From: Leucoraja ocellata
Lineage: Eukaryota
Reading direction: 5' to 3'
Assembly (NCBI GenBank): GCA_036785375.1
Contig: JAWMAR010000471.1
Span: forward strand, 1,364,001 to 1,428,000
DNA: 64,000 bases
A program made the translations under genes and the position numbers. This document shows positions 38,921-52,861 of this stretch, one piece after another (within the stretch, counting starts at the first letter, position 1; each line of letters begins with the position of its first letter). A model generated the notes under the pieces. It was not told the origin of the DNA and did no database searches. It was given only the letters and a program-made list of their open reading frames with translations.

Positions 38921-41013
38921 CACAGCGTACCACCCGGTTACAAAAACCTCCCCACCGTACACTCACTCAATGCATGTCGTTTTGCATAGAACATGGAAAA
39001 GCGCAGCTCAGGATAGGCCCTTTTGTCTACAATGTCGGTTCCCAATCTTTCCTAATCCATTCCACCCATTCCTTGCACATCCATCCATAAAAAAGCCTCT
39101 TCAACGGTGCTGCCGTATCTGCTCCGGCCACCTCCATCGGCGGCGCGTTCCAGGCACCCACCGCCATCTGTGTAAACACTTATCGCTCAGCACATTTCCT
39201 TTCAACTATCGCCCCCCCTCCCTCCCACACACACACACACACAAAAGCTATGCCCTCCAGCCTGACATGTCCACTCTGGCGAAATAAGGTTCACAGCGTC
39301 CACCCTGTCTCTGTTCCCATCATTTTATCCATTATCCATTAAATACACTGATCTGTTTTTGTAGTCAATGCCTACTATGTTCTGTGTGCTGAAGCAAAGC
39401 AAGAATTGCATTGTCCTATACAGGGACACATGACAATAAACTCACTTGAAGGTGAACTTGAACTTGATTTTATCTAGTTAGACAATAGACAATAGACAAT
39501 AGAAAATAGATGCAGGAGTAGGCCATTCAGCCCTTCGAGCCAGCACCGCCATTCAATGTGATCATGGCTGATCATCCACGAGAAGTACCCCGCTCCTGCC
39601 TTCTCACCATATCCCCTGACTCCGCTATTTTTAAGAGCCCTATCTAGCTCTCTCTTGAAAGCATCCAGAGAACCGGCCTCCACCAGGCAGAAAATTCCAC
39701 AGACTCACCACTCTCTGTGAGAAAAAGTGATTCCTCGTCTCGTTCTAAATGGCTTACTCCTTATTCTTAAACTGTGTGTGGCCCCTGGCTCTGGACTCTA
39801 CAAACATCGGGAACATGTTGTTTAAGAAGGAACTGCAGATGCTGGAGAATCGAAGGTTACACAAAAAAGCTGGAGAAACTCAGCGGGTGCAGCAGCATCT
39901 ATGGGGCGAAGGAAATAGGCAACGTTTCGGGCCGAAACCCTTCTTCCGAAACGTTGCCTATTTCCTTCGCTCCATAGATGCTGCTGCACCCGCTGAGTTT
40001 CTCCAGCTTTTTTGTGTAACCATCGGGAACATGTTTCCTGCCTCTAGCGTGTCCAAGCCCTCAGTTCTATAAGGTATCCCCCTCTACGGCCGGCGCTCCG
40101 GAGAAAATACTCAGTTTATCCACCCATTCCCTGCAGCTTAAAATCCCAATCCAGCCCGCACCCACCACCCATTTTCTCCGTTAAATCGTTCAATTTCAGA
40201 CTAATTCTCCAGCCTCCTCGACTTATAAGAGGGGCATAAACTGTAACCATCTAACGGAGCAGCGCACACACATATATGTCGATACATGTATAAATATGTG
40301 ATAAGAAGGTAATTACGAGGAGAGGAAATAAGGACAGATAAAAAGGCTATTCTGAAGAGGGCAATTATATAGAAACATAGACACATAGAAATTAGGTGCG
40401 GGAGTAGGCCACTCGGCCCTTCGAGCCTGCACCGCCATCCAATATTATCATGGCTGATCATCCAACTCAGTATCCCGTACCTGCCTTCTCTCCATACCCC
40501 CTGATCCCTTAGCCACAAGGGCCACATCTAACTCCTTCTTGAATATAGCCAATGAACTGGCCTCAACTACCCTCTGTGGCAGAGAGTTCCAGAGATTCGC
40601 CACTCTCTGTGTGAAAAAAGTTCTTCTCATCTCGGTTTTAAAGGATTTCCCCCTTATCCTTAAGCTGTGACCCCTTGTCCTGGACTTCCCCAACATCGGG
40701 AACAATCTTCCTGCATCTAGCCTGTCCAACCCCTTAAGATGTCGAACAGGCCCTTTTTTAGCGTCAAAACATGTTCATACGTTCATCTGTTCTAGGCGTA
40801 GAATTGGGCCATTCGGCCCATCTAGTCTACTCCACCGTTCAAACATGGCTGAGTTCCTTTCCCTCTCAGTTCCATTCTTCCCGTAACCCCTGACAAGGTT
40901 ACTAATCAAGTCTACCTCTGTCCTGAAAATATCCATTGACTTCCATGAATCCCCTATTATTCAATGGCATTTTACTTATTAAAGAATGGAGACAAAATAA
41001 CAGCAGAACTTAC

Positions 41014-41076
41014 TGGCTTCTACAAGCAGCCGGGTTCCGCTTCCGAATGTTAGTTTGTTGGTGCTGTCATAATTCA
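41014..41076 (-). CDS. TRAJ: J-alpha-type segment NYDSTNKLTFGSGTRLLVEA
   Basis: CACAGTG(41077)-12-ACAAAAATG; FGXG; donor gtaagt. Confidence 0.94.
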
Positions 41077-42632
41077 CACAGTGTCTAACCCTCTTACAAA
41101 AATGTTTGTGCTACATACTGCCTTTTTAATTCTCTTTCTGACACTGTGCAAAGCTGCAACTAAGCTGCACTAAGAACGCTAGGGTCACTTTAGTAGCTTA
41201 TGGCGCCATACGTTCACAAATGACTCTCTACCCCATTGGTGAAACATAGTAACATAGAAAATAGGTGCAGGAGGAGGCCATTCGGTCCTTCGAACCAGCA
41301 CCGCCATTCATTGTGATCATGGCTGATCGTCTCCTATCAAGGACAAGGGGTCACAGCTTAAGGATAAGGGGGAAATCCTTTAAAACCGAGATGAGGAGAA
41401 CTTTTTTCACACAGAGAGTGGCGAATCTCAGGAACTTTCTGCCACAGAGGGTAGTTGAGGCCACAGTTCATTGGCTATATTTAAGAGGGAGTTAGATGTG
41501 GCCCTTGTGGCTAAGGGGATCAGAGGGTATGGAGAGAAGGCAGGTACGGGATACTGAGTTGGATGATCAGCCATGATCATATTGAATGGCGTTGCAGGCT
41601 CGAAGGGCCGAATGGCCTACTCCTGCACCTAATTTCTAGGTTTCTATGTTTCTATGTTTCTAATAACGGTGCCTGCCTTCTCCATCCACATCAATACTGA
41701 ACCCAAATACCGTCTTCTCCCCCATTCAATCATGGCTGATCTCTCTCTCCAAGTTCCAGTATCAAATTCGGTTCAGTACACAGAATGGCAGACAACCTAT
41801 GCACCGTGACTCGCCGGATTATCCCGGCACCTTTTGTTTACAAATTCACAAATTCTAGAACAGAGTGAGGCCATTCTGCCCATGGAGTCTACTCCGCCAT
41901 TCCATCGTGGCTGATCTATATTTCCCTCGCCACTTGATTCTCCTGCCTTCTCGTCGCAACCTCTGACACCCATGTTATTCAAGAAATGCTTGAATCAAAA
42001 AAAAAATGTTTTGTTCAGAATTGCAGCATCTGCAGTTCTCCGCGTCTCCCTTCGCCTGATATAAGTTCCACATATCGCTGCATTTCCCCCGATGATCCGC
42101 CGCCATTTCAGTGAGCAAAGACGGTCTAGCACAGTGGTTCCCAACGTGGGGCGTACGCCCCACAGGGGGGGAAATTTGATTTTTAAGGGGGGCAATTGAG
42201 CGCGACTGAGGAGGTCTGGGTCCAAATTTTCGATTTTAATTTTTTTGGATTTTCCATCAGGTAAACATATGCAATTTATGTTTCAGATGTTATTTTGAGT
42301 AAATAATTTTTTGGGGGTAAAAAGTTATTGAATTGGATATAGAAATGCGATGCAAAGAGATTTTGCTAAGTTACCCTTATAATATCTATTTCCTCCGTTT
42401 TCTCTCAAGGGAAAGCAGGGGGGGGGGGGGGGGGGGCATCAGGATTTTAGAGGTGATTAGGTGGGACATGGCCAACAAAAAGGTTGGGAACCACTGGTCT
42501 AGCATTAAGTGGTGCAATCCACTCTCTCGTTTATATATCATTCATTTATTTTTCTATACGAGGTTTTCCTTTTGAGAAGCTATTATTTATCATTGTCAGG
42601 AATAAAAGAGGACATGGATTTGAAGCACTTAC

Positions 42633-42699
42633 GTGGTTTTACCGTCAACCTGGTTCCGGACCCGAATGTGAGGATATTTATTGATGAACCAACTATTCA
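42633..42699 (-). CDS. TRAJ: J-alpha-type segment (*)IVGSSINILTFGSGTRLTVKP
   Basis: CACAGTG(42700)-12-TCAAAAACT; FGXG; donor gtaagt; the first in-frame codon is TGA. Confidence 0.9.
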
Positions 42700-43750
42700 C
42701 ACAGTGCTAATCAGCAATTCAAAAACTGCTTGATTTCTTTAGAGTACCGGGAGAACTGATCCCTCGGATAACACTTTGGAATTTCATATACCGGAAACCC
42801 GAAATTAAAACCAAATACGTTATTATCAATTTTACTTTTTTCTTTCTTTCTTCAGTTTAGGGCGGTATTGTTGTTTTCCTTTTTCCTTTTGTCTTTTGTC
42901 TTTTTATCTTTGTGGTTTGAACCCCCCCCCCCCCCCCCCCCCCAACATTTATACGGTTCCTTTTAAAGATTTAAATATATTTACATCGAGACCGAGATGT
43001 CTATATTCATTGTGTATTTTGACACTGGTCTCATAACCATATAACCATACAACAATTACAGCACGGAAACAGGTATCTCGGCCTTCTAGTCCGTGCCGAA
43101 CACGTATTCTCCCCATGTCCCATACACCTGCGTTCAGACCATAACCCTCCATACCTTTCCCGTCCATATAACTATCCAATTTATTTTTAAATGATAACAA
43201 CGAACCTGCCTCCACCACCTTCACTGGAAGCTCATTCCACACAGCCACCACTCTCTGAGTAAAGAAGCCCCCCTCCTCATGTTACCCCTAAACTTCTGTC
43301 CCTTAATTCTCAAGTCATGTCCCCTTGTTTGAATCTTTCCTACTCTCAGTGGGAAAAGCTTATCCACGTCAACTCTGTCTATCCCTCTCATCATTTTAAA
43401 GACCTCTATCAAGTCCCCCCTTAACCTTCTGCGCTCCAAAGAATAAAGCCCTAACTTGTTCAACCTTTCTCTGTAACTTAGTTGTTGAAACCCAGGCAAC
43501 TTACTAGTAAATCTCCTCCGTACTCTCTCTATTTTGTTGACATCCTTCCTATAATTGGGCGACCAAAATTGTACACCATACTCCAGATTTGGTCTCACCA
43601 ATGCCTTGTACAATTTTAACATTACATCCCAGCTTCTATACTCAATGTAGGGCTTTAAGTTATAACATGCTGGACTATATATTCTAACCTATGATTAAGC
43701 GAATTATCTGTGGCTGGTGATTCCTTGAATCGATATATTGTCTTACTTAC

Positions 43751-43813
43751 TGGGTTCGATGGTCAGCGTGGTGCCACTTCCAAATACTAGAGGAGAACCT
43801 GCTCCTGAATTCA
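43751..43813 (-). CDS. TRAJ: J-alpha-type segment NSGAGSPLVFGSGTTLTIEP
   Basis: CACAACG(43814)-12-ACAAAAACC; FGXG; donor gtaagt. Confidence 0.93.
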
Positions 43814-46548
43814 CACAACGATTAACCCCATCACAAAAACCTCCCGGGTACCACCTCCTCTGCCATTGCTTCCCAATGCCCCAAAACATTAGGGAGGAGG
43901 GGGGATTCTTAACAGTGAATGTTACAAGGTTAACGGGTAGTTATCTCGATTGGAACTGCGCCGTTTAACCATTGCCTTCTCTGAATCAAACGGGGATGTT
44001 GAATTATTAAAGAGTGAGCTGGACACCAAAGTCAAAGGGCAGTGTTCGGAAAATCAACTCCTGTAAGCAACCATCATTTCAAAGCTTTTTTCTTCTGCTT
44101 ATCCTTCAGAACGGTCCTAGCCTTCTTTGTTTACGAAGGGACTGCAGATACTGGAAAGTCGAAGGTAGACAAAAATGCTGGAGAAACTCAGCGGGTGCAG
44201 CAGCATCTATGGAGCAAAGGAGATAGGCAACGTTTCGTCCCGAAACGTTGCCTATTCCTTTCGCTCCATAGATGCTGCTGCACCCGCTGAGTTTCTCCAG
44301 CATTTTAGTGTACCCTCGCCTTTTTACTTGTTTGGACACGCGGCACGGTGGCGCAGCGGTAGAGTTACTGCCTGACAGCACTCGAGACCGGGGTTCGATC
44401 CGGACCACGGGTGCTATCCCTACGGCGTTTGCACGTTAGAAACATAGAAACATAGAAAACAGGTGCAGGAGTAGGCCATTCGGCCCTTCGAGCCTGCACC
44501 GCCATTCCAATATGATCATGGCTGATCATCCAACTCAGTATCCTGTACCTGCCTTCTCTCCATACCCCCTGATCCCTTTAGCCACAAGGGCCACATCTAA
44601 CTCCCTCTTAAATATAGCCAATGAACTGGCCTCAACTACCTTCTGTGGCAGAATGGCCTAATTCTGCTCCTATGACTTATGAATACGAATAAACAGATAG
44701 CTGGGAGCTCTGTGACAGAGAATTCCACAGATTCACCACTCTCTGTGTGAAAAATGTTTTCCTCATCTCGGTCCTAAAAGATTTTCCCCTTATCCTTAAA
44801 CTGTGACCCCCTTGTTCTGGACTTCCCAACCATTGGAACAATCTTCCTGCATCTTGTCTGTCCAACCCCTAAAGAATTTTGTAAGTTTCTATAAGTAACC
44901 CCCTCAATCTTCTAAATTCTAGCGAGTACAAGCCGAGTCTATCCAGTCTTTCTACATATGAAAGTCCTGACATCCTAGGACTTCTCTGTATGGGGTTTTC
45001 GCCGGGGTGAATGAATAAGTGGACGAATGAACAAAGACATACAAAACAGCAAGGGGCTGTATGTGCACCGTGGCAGCCAGCGTCGGCGCCAGCAGCAGCA
45101 AATAGCAGCAGCTACACTGCAAGCAGCTACCGGACTGCTTTCTCCCAATATCCCTTGATTCCGCCAGCCCGAAGAACTAAATCCAACTCTCTCTTGAAAA
45201 CATCCAGTGAATTGGCCTCCACTGCCCTCTGTGGCAGATTAGTCCACAGATTCACGACTTTCTGTTGGAATAGGGACAGTGATAGGAGTGCGTAGGAACA
45301 CTCACCCCACACTGACAGACAGTAGACAATAGCTGCAGGAGTAGGCCATTTGGCCCATCGAGCCAGCACCGCCATTCAATGTGATCATGGCAGATCATCC
45401 ACAATCAGTACCCCGTTCTTGCCTTCTCCCCATATCCCCTGACTCCGCTATTTTTAAGAGCCCTACAGTATCTAGCTCTCTCTATTGAAAGCATCCAGAG
45501 AATGTTTCCTTCAGCCCCAAGAGCCAAATCCAACTCTCTCTTGAAAACATCCAGTGAATTGGCCTCCACCGCACTCTGAGGCAGAGAATTCCACAGACTC
45601 ACCACTCTCTATGAGAAAAAAATGTTTCCTCGTCTCCGTTCTAAATAGCTTACTCCTTATTCTTCAACAGTGGCCCCTGGTTCTGGACTCCCCCAACATC
45701 GGGAAGATGTTTCCTGCCTCTAGTGCGTCCAAGCCCTGAACAATCTTCTATGTTTCAATGAGATCTCCTCTCATCCTTCTAAACTCCAGAGTGTACAAGC
45801 CCAGCCGCTCCATTCTCTCAGCATATGACAGTCCCGCCATCCCCGGAATTAACCTACGCTGCACTCCCTCAATAGCAAGAATGTCCTTCCTCAAATTAGC
45901 CTGACAGCTGAGAGTACGAATAGCCCTTGTAATTACGTTGGTCTATTGAGGAAACTAATCTCTGGGATATTACTCATTGCTTCCACTTGTATAACCATAT
46001 AATATAACCATATAACAATTACAGCACGGAAACAGGCCATCTCGACCCTTCTAGTCCGTGCCGAACACATATTCTCCCCTAGTCCCATACACCTGCGTTC
46101 AGACCATAACCCTCCATACCTTTCCCGTCCATATAACTATCCAATTTATTTTTAAATGATAAAAACGAACCTGCCTCCACCACCTTCACTGGAAGCTCAT
46201 TCCACACAGCCACCACTCTCTGAGTAAAGAAGTTCCCCCTCATGTTGCCCCTAAACTTATGTCCCTTAATTCTCAAGTCATGTCCCCTTGTTTGAATCTT
46301 CCCTACTCTCAGTGGGAAAAGCTTATCCACATCAACTCTGTCTATCCCTCTCATCATTTTAAAGACCTCTATCAAGTCCCCCCTTAACCTTCTGCGCTCC
46401 AAAGAATAAAGCCCTAACTTGTTCAACCTTTCTCTGTAACTTAGTTGCTGAAACCCAGGCAACATTCTAGTAAATCTCCTCTGTACACTCTCTTGAGTTG
46501 CCCGTGAGGTGATTGCAAGTTAACGACAACTATCTTCCTCTCACTTAC

Positions 46549-46608
46549 CCGGGACAATATGCAATCTGGTCCCCTTTCCAAATATCGGCGCAGTTGCTCC
46601 TGTAGTCA
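46549..46608 (-). CDS. TRAJ: J-alpha-type segment TTGATAPIFGKGTRLHIVP
   Basis: CACACCG(46609)-12-ACAAATACT; FGXG; donor gtaagt. Confidence 0.9.
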
Positions 46609-47626
46609 CACACCGCTATACCCTGTGACAAATACTGCCCCAAGTGAACTATTCAACACTTAGCATCTGCTTTCACACCCTCCGACGAGCTACTCAATAA
46701 AATTGAAGCTAAATCGTATTTGATCCCATTCCTTTAAGCGGCACACCTTCCATCATTACTACAGCTATCTCCCTTCGTCTGTCGATGTTGCTCTCAACAT
46801 TCTGTCATCAACCCATTGGCAGAAATAGACAGACACAGAGGCTCAAGGAACTGCTGCCGTTGGATCACAGGCCACAGTCTTAGAATAAAGGCGAGGTCAT
46901 TTAAGACTCAGGTGAGAAAACAACTTTTTTCACCCAGAGAGTTGTGAATTTATGGAATTCCCTGCCACAGATGGCAGTGGAGGCCAAGTCACTGGATGGA
47001 TTTAAGAGAGAGTTATTAGATAGAGCTCCAGGGACTGGCGGAATCAAGGGATATGGGGAGAAGGCAGGCAGGCGCGGGGTCGGTCAGCCGTGATCACAAT
47101 GAATGGCGGTGCTGGCTCGAAGGGCCGAATGGCCTCCTCCTGCACCTATTTTCTATGTCTATGTCTCTATATTAAAATGTGCCGGCGTACCACTGGAAAA
47201 CATGGATAGGACCCCCCTTTCCCGCAAAAATGATGCCGCCTGACCTGCTGAGCTGCTCCAGTACTTTGTGTTCCATAGAGCGATGCAGCACAGTCCATTT
47301 GGCCCAGCCAGTCCACGCTGGCCATCAATTACCCATTCACACTAATCGCACACTAATCTAATCAACGTGATCTATCCACATTGTTATAAATTTCCCCCAG
47401 AGTCCACCCCTCAACTGGCCACTAGGGACAATCTACAGCTACAATGAATGGCGGTGCTGGCTCGAAGGGCCGAATGGCCTACTCCTGCACCTATTTTCTA
47501 TGTTTCTATGTTTCTATTACAGTGGCCAACTCACCTAAAACCAGTAGTTAGAACTGCAGAAGGTACACAAAAATGCTGGAGAAACTCAGCGGGTGCAGCA
47601 GCATCTATGGAGCGAAGGGAATAGGC

Positions 47627-47654
47627 GACGTTTCGGGCCGAAACCCTTCTTCAG
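47627..47654 (-). ncRNA. Minimal hammerhead ribozyme core in a Penelope-derived repeat
   Basis: CTGAAGA-A-GGGT TTCG GCCC-GAAAC-GTC on the minus strand. Confidence 0.55.
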
Positions 47655-48242
47655 ACTGATGGGGGGTGGGGGAGGGGGGGGGGGGGGGGGGGAGAGAAGG
47701 AAGGAAAAAGGGGGGTTAGAACTGTAGAGGCTGGTTTAAATCGAAGATAGACGTAAAATGCTGGAGTAACTCAGCGGGGCAGGCAGCATCTCTGGTGAGT
47801 CGAGACCCTTCTTCAGACTCGACCCGAAACGTCAGCCAGTCTTTCTCTCCAGAGAGTTTAAGAAGAACTGCAGATGCTGGAAAATCGAAGGTGCACAAAC
47901 ATGCTGGGGAAACTCAGCTATCTCCTTCTCCTTCTCCTTCGCTCCATAGATGTTGCTGTACTCGCTGAGTTTCTCCAGCATTTTTGTGTACTTTTCTCTC
48001 CAGGGACGCTGCTTGTCCCGCTGATTTACTCCAGCATTCTGTGTCTATCTTAAACCTAAAACCAACATGGCTTTGGGATAAGTGGAACATCATAACACTC
48101 TGAGATCACAAGGAGAACGTGAAAACTAGGCAGAGAGCACCCGAGGTCAGGATTGTGAGGTCGCAGCGTTAGAAACTCCCGGCTTATATTATTGTTGAAA
48201 CATTTGGTCTCTCGACCTTACAATAGTTTGGGTTGACATCAC

Positions 48243-49420
48243 TAGAGATTAGTATACAAACTTAAAGCACATGGCATTGGGGGTTCAGTATTGATGTGGA
48301 TAGAGAACTGGCTGGCAAACAGGAAGCAAAGAGTAGGAGTAAACGGGTCCTTTTCACAATGGCAGGCAGTGACTAGTGGGGTACCGCAAGGCTCAGTACT
48401 GGGACCCCAGCTATTTACAATATATATTAATGATCTGGATGAGGGAATTGAAGGCAATATCTCCAAGTTTGCGGATGACACTAAGCTGGGGGGCAGTGTT
48501 AGGTGTGAGGAGGATGCTAGGAGACTGCAAGGTGACTTGGATAGGCTGGGTGAGTGGGCAAATGTTTGGCAGATGCAGTTTAATGTGGATAAATGTGAGG
48601 TTATCCATTTTGGTGGCAAAAACGGGAAAGCAGATTATTATCTAAACGGTGGCCGATTGGGAAAGGGGGAGATGCAGCGAGACCTGGGTGTCATGGTACA
48701 CCAGTCATTGAAGGTAGGCATGCAGGTGCAGCAGGCAGTAAAGAAAGCGAATGGCATGTTGGCTTTCATAGCAAGAGGATTTGAGTATAGGAGCAGGGAG
48801 GTTCTACTGCAGTTGTATAGGGTCTTGGTGAGACCACACCTGGAGTATTGCGTGCAGTTTTGGTCTCCAAATCTGAGGAAGGACATTATTGCCATAGAGG
48901 GAGTGCAGAGAAGGTTCACCAGACTGATTCCTGGAATGTCAGGACTGTCTTATGAAGAAAGACTGGATAGACTTGGTTTATACTCTCTAGAGTTTAGGAG
49001 ATTGAGAGGGGATCTTATAGAAACTTACAAAATTCTTAAGGGGTCGGACAGGCTAGATGCAGGAAGATTGTTTCCGATGTTGGGGAAGTCCAGGGCAAGG
49101 GGTCACAGCTTAAGGATAAGGGGGAAATCCTTTAAAACCGAGATGAGGAGAACTTTTTTCACACAGAGAGTGGTGAATCTCTGGAACTCTCTGCCACAGA
49201 GGGTAGTTGAGGCCAGTTCATTGGCTATATTTAAGAGGGAGTTAGATGTGGCCCTTGTGGCCAAGGGGATCAGAGGGTATGGAGAAAAGGCAGGTACGGG
49301 ATACTGAGTTGGATGATCAGCCATGATCATAGTAAATGGCGGTGCAGGCTCGAAGGGCCGAATGGCCTACTCCTGCGCCTAATTTCTATGTATCTATGTT
49401 TCTATGTTTCTATGTTTCTA
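48243..49420 (+). mobile_element. 5'-truncated CR1-clade LINE; longest copy, uninterrupted RT C-terminal ORF 48291-49307
   Basis: [44 protein letters not shown]; ends in a (TTTCTATG)n tail. Confidence 0.95.
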
Positions 49421-49909
49421 CTGAGTTTCATCTGAGTTTGCTAATTTGCAAAATAGAGCATGGGGCAACAATACAACGTCACAAAACAATAACTGCTTAA
49501 GTTGGATATCTGAAATAAATAGACAATAAACAATAGGTGCAGGAGTAGAGGCCATTCGGCCCTTCGAGCCAGCACCGCCATTCAATGTGATCATGGCTGA
49601 TCATCCCCAATCAGTACCCCGTTCCTGCCTTCTCCCCATATCCCCCGGCTCCGCTATTTTCAAGAGCCCTCTCTTGAAAGCATCCAGAGAACCTGCCTCC
49701 ACCGCCCTCTGAGGCAGAGAGAGAGACTGCAGCGGAAATAAAGAGAGAGAATGGTGTGGACAACTCAGCAGATCTCTTGAACCCAACCCTAAACCCGTTT
49801 CTCCATCTATCGCTGTCATTTGACTAAATGGGTGTTTTGACATTCTAAATATATATGTTTTAAACTATGGAACTAAGAGCATCTAACAACGGCGTTTTGA
49901 ACCACTTAC

Positions 49910-49975
49910 CTGGTGTCACAGTTAACTTGGTCCCTGATCCGAATATGAGCTTGTTAGCACCTCCACCGCTATTCA
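49910..49975 (-). CDS. TRAJ: J-alpha-type segment NSGGGANKLIFGSGTKLTVTP
   Basis: CACAGTG(49976)-12-ACAAAAACA; FGXG; donor gtaagt. Confidence 0.95.
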
Positions 49976-52799
49976 CACAGTGCCAACGGGCGGTACAAAA
50001 ACATCAAGGCACGATATTGCTCTGAAGGGCACAAGGTTCCTCCATTTCTCTCCCCCCCCCACATGTATAAGGCCATAAGGTCATTAGTGATTGGAACAGA
50101 ATTAAGCCACTCGGCCCATCAAGTCTACTCCGCCATTCAATCATGCCTGGTCTATCTCTCCCTCCTGACCCCATTCTCCTGCCTTCTCCCCATAATCCCT
50201 GACACTCATACCAATCAAGAATCTATTTATCTCCGCCTTAAAATATCAATTGACTTTGCCTTCACAGCCTTCTGTAGCAAATAATTCCACAGATTCACCG
50301 CCCTCTGACTAAACAAATTCACCCTCATTTCCTTCCTAAAGAAACGTCCTATAATTCTGAGGCTGGGACATCTAGTCCTAGACTCTCCCACTAGTGGAAA
50401 CATCCTCTCCTCATCGACTCTATCCGAACCTTTCACTATTCGGTAAGTGTCAACGAGGTGCCCCCTCATCCTTTTATGTCCCTGTCCCACTTAGGAAACC
50501 TGAACGGAATCCTCTGGAGACTTTGCGCCACACCGAAGGTATCCGTGCGGTTCCCGGAGTTCCCGGAGGTTTTTGTCAGTCTCCTTACCTGCTTCCACTA
50601 CCTGTAACCTCCGGCAACCACCTGCAACCTCCGGGAACATAGTGTGGTGTTCCATATTACGCTTCTTTTGCTAATTTGACACACTCACACCCGCTGGATA
50701 ATAGCTTACCTTAGAACAAATATGCTAATGTAGATCGTGATATTGAAGTGCCGGCGACGCGTATGGAAAATATATTCTTTAATCGAATTTTACTCCGATT
50801 ATTTACATCTTTTAAAATAACAAATGCATTACTTGAAATGTATGGTTATGGTAGTATTTATTTTTGGTTTTCCCAGTGAAATTGTTCTTCGATGGTATTC
50901 AATATGTTTACTCTAATATAGCGAGAATAAGTGTGCAGTCAGAGGGCGGTGAATATGTGGAATTCATTGCACAGAAGGCCGTGGAGGTCAATCAATTGAT
51001 ATGTTTTCGGTGGAGATTGATTCAGTCATGGTTTGTGTGAGTGTCAGGGGTTATGGGGAGAAGGCAGGAGCATGGGGTTGAGAGGGAACGCGGGACAGCC
51101 ATGATCGAATGGCGGGGTAGAATCGATGGGCTGAATAGAAACACAGAAACAGAGGAAATAGGTGCAAGAGTAGAGGCCATTCGGCCCTTCGAGCCTGCAC
51201 CGACATTCAACATGACCATGGCTGATCATCCAACTCAGTATCCTGTACCTGCCATCTCTCCATACCCCCGATCCCTTTAGCCACAAGGGCCACATCTAAC
51301 TCCCTCTTAAATATAGCCAATGAACTGTGGCCTCAACTACCTTCTGTGACAGAATGGCCTAATTCTGCACCTGTAACATATGAACACGAATAAGCAGATA
51401 GCTGGGAGCTCTGGCTGTATCAAAGTCTCTACGGTTGGTAGCTGAAGAGGTTGTTTCAATGCAGAATAGTTTAATTATTCATTGACTGAAACTTCGCCCG
51501 CCCGTGTTTCCGATAGAGATTCACCAGCAATTTTAATAGGGTGGATGTTTAAACGCCAATACATCTAATTGAACATAGCATTTCGGCTCACGATGTCCGC
51601 GCCGATCACAGTGTGGTGTTAAACTAATCTTTCCCTGCACCCGATTCATATTTTTTCCATTCCCTGTATATCAATCGGCCTATCTAAACGCACTTAAATG
51701 TCACTAGCGTATCTGCCTCTGCCACCACCGCCACCACTGGCATCGTTTTCCAGGCACCCAACACTTGCCCGGCACATCTAATTAAAACAGCCCCTTTACA
51801 TTAAAGCTATGCCATCTCGTCTTGGACGTTGCTACACTTGGACAAAGGGCTCCGTTTACCCGATCTATTTCTTTCAAAATGCCATTGTATATACATCGAA
51901 GATGGATAGAGGATGCTGGGGATACTCAGCTGGTCAAGCAGCATCCATGGAGACAAGGAACAAGCGAGAGTCTCAGTCTGAAGAAGTGTCTCGACCCGAA
52001 ACATCACCTATTCCTTTTCTCCAAGGATGCTCCCTGACCCGCTGAGTCACTACAGCATTTTGTGTCTACCTTATATATAACAGATAACAATTACAGCACG
52101 GAACAGGCCATCTCGGCCCTTTTAGTCCATGCCGAACACTTATTCTCCCCTAGTTCCATCTACCTGCACTCATACCATAACCCTCCATTCCTTTCCCGTC
52201 CATATACCTATCCAATTTAATTTTAAATTATAAAATCGAACCTGCCCCCACCACTTCCACTGGAAGCTCATTCCACACAGCCACCACTCTCTGAGTAAAG
52301 AAGTTCCCCCTCATGTTACCCCTAAACTTCTGTCCCTTAATTCTCATGTCATGTCCCCTTGTTTGAATCTTCCCTACTCTCAATGGGAAAAGCTTATCCA
52401 CGTCAACTCTGTCTATCCCTGTCATCATTTTAAAGACCTCTATCAAGCCCCCCTTAACCTTCTGCGCTCCAAAGAATAAAGACCTAACTTGTTCAACCTT
52501 TCTCTGTAACTTAGTTGCTGAAACCCAGGCAACATTCTAGTAAATCTCCTCTGTACTCTCACTATTTTGTTGACATCTTTCCTATAATTTGGCGACCATA
52601 CTCGGTGGAAATCGGATCCTTCCTATCAGCCTCCGATGTTCCAGATGAAATTATCCAAGTTTCCCCCCATCTCGCCTTCTAACAACTATTCTCTGATGCA
52701 GCCAATTCGCTGTCTTGAATCACCTCGCGTCTTTTATTTTATGCTCCATTCTGCAAAGTTGTCCCAGACTTATCGTCTGGAGGAATTGAAATTACTTAC

Positions 52800-52861
52800 T
52801 CGGTGTCACGATGAGTTTAGTTCCAGAGCCAAATATAATTTTGTCAACTCCTGCCATTGCA
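52800..52861 (-). CDS. TRAJ: J-alpha-type segment AMAGVDKIIFGSGTKLIVTP
   Basis: CACAGCG(52862)-12-ACAAAAACC; FGXG; donor gtaagt. Confidence 0.94.
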
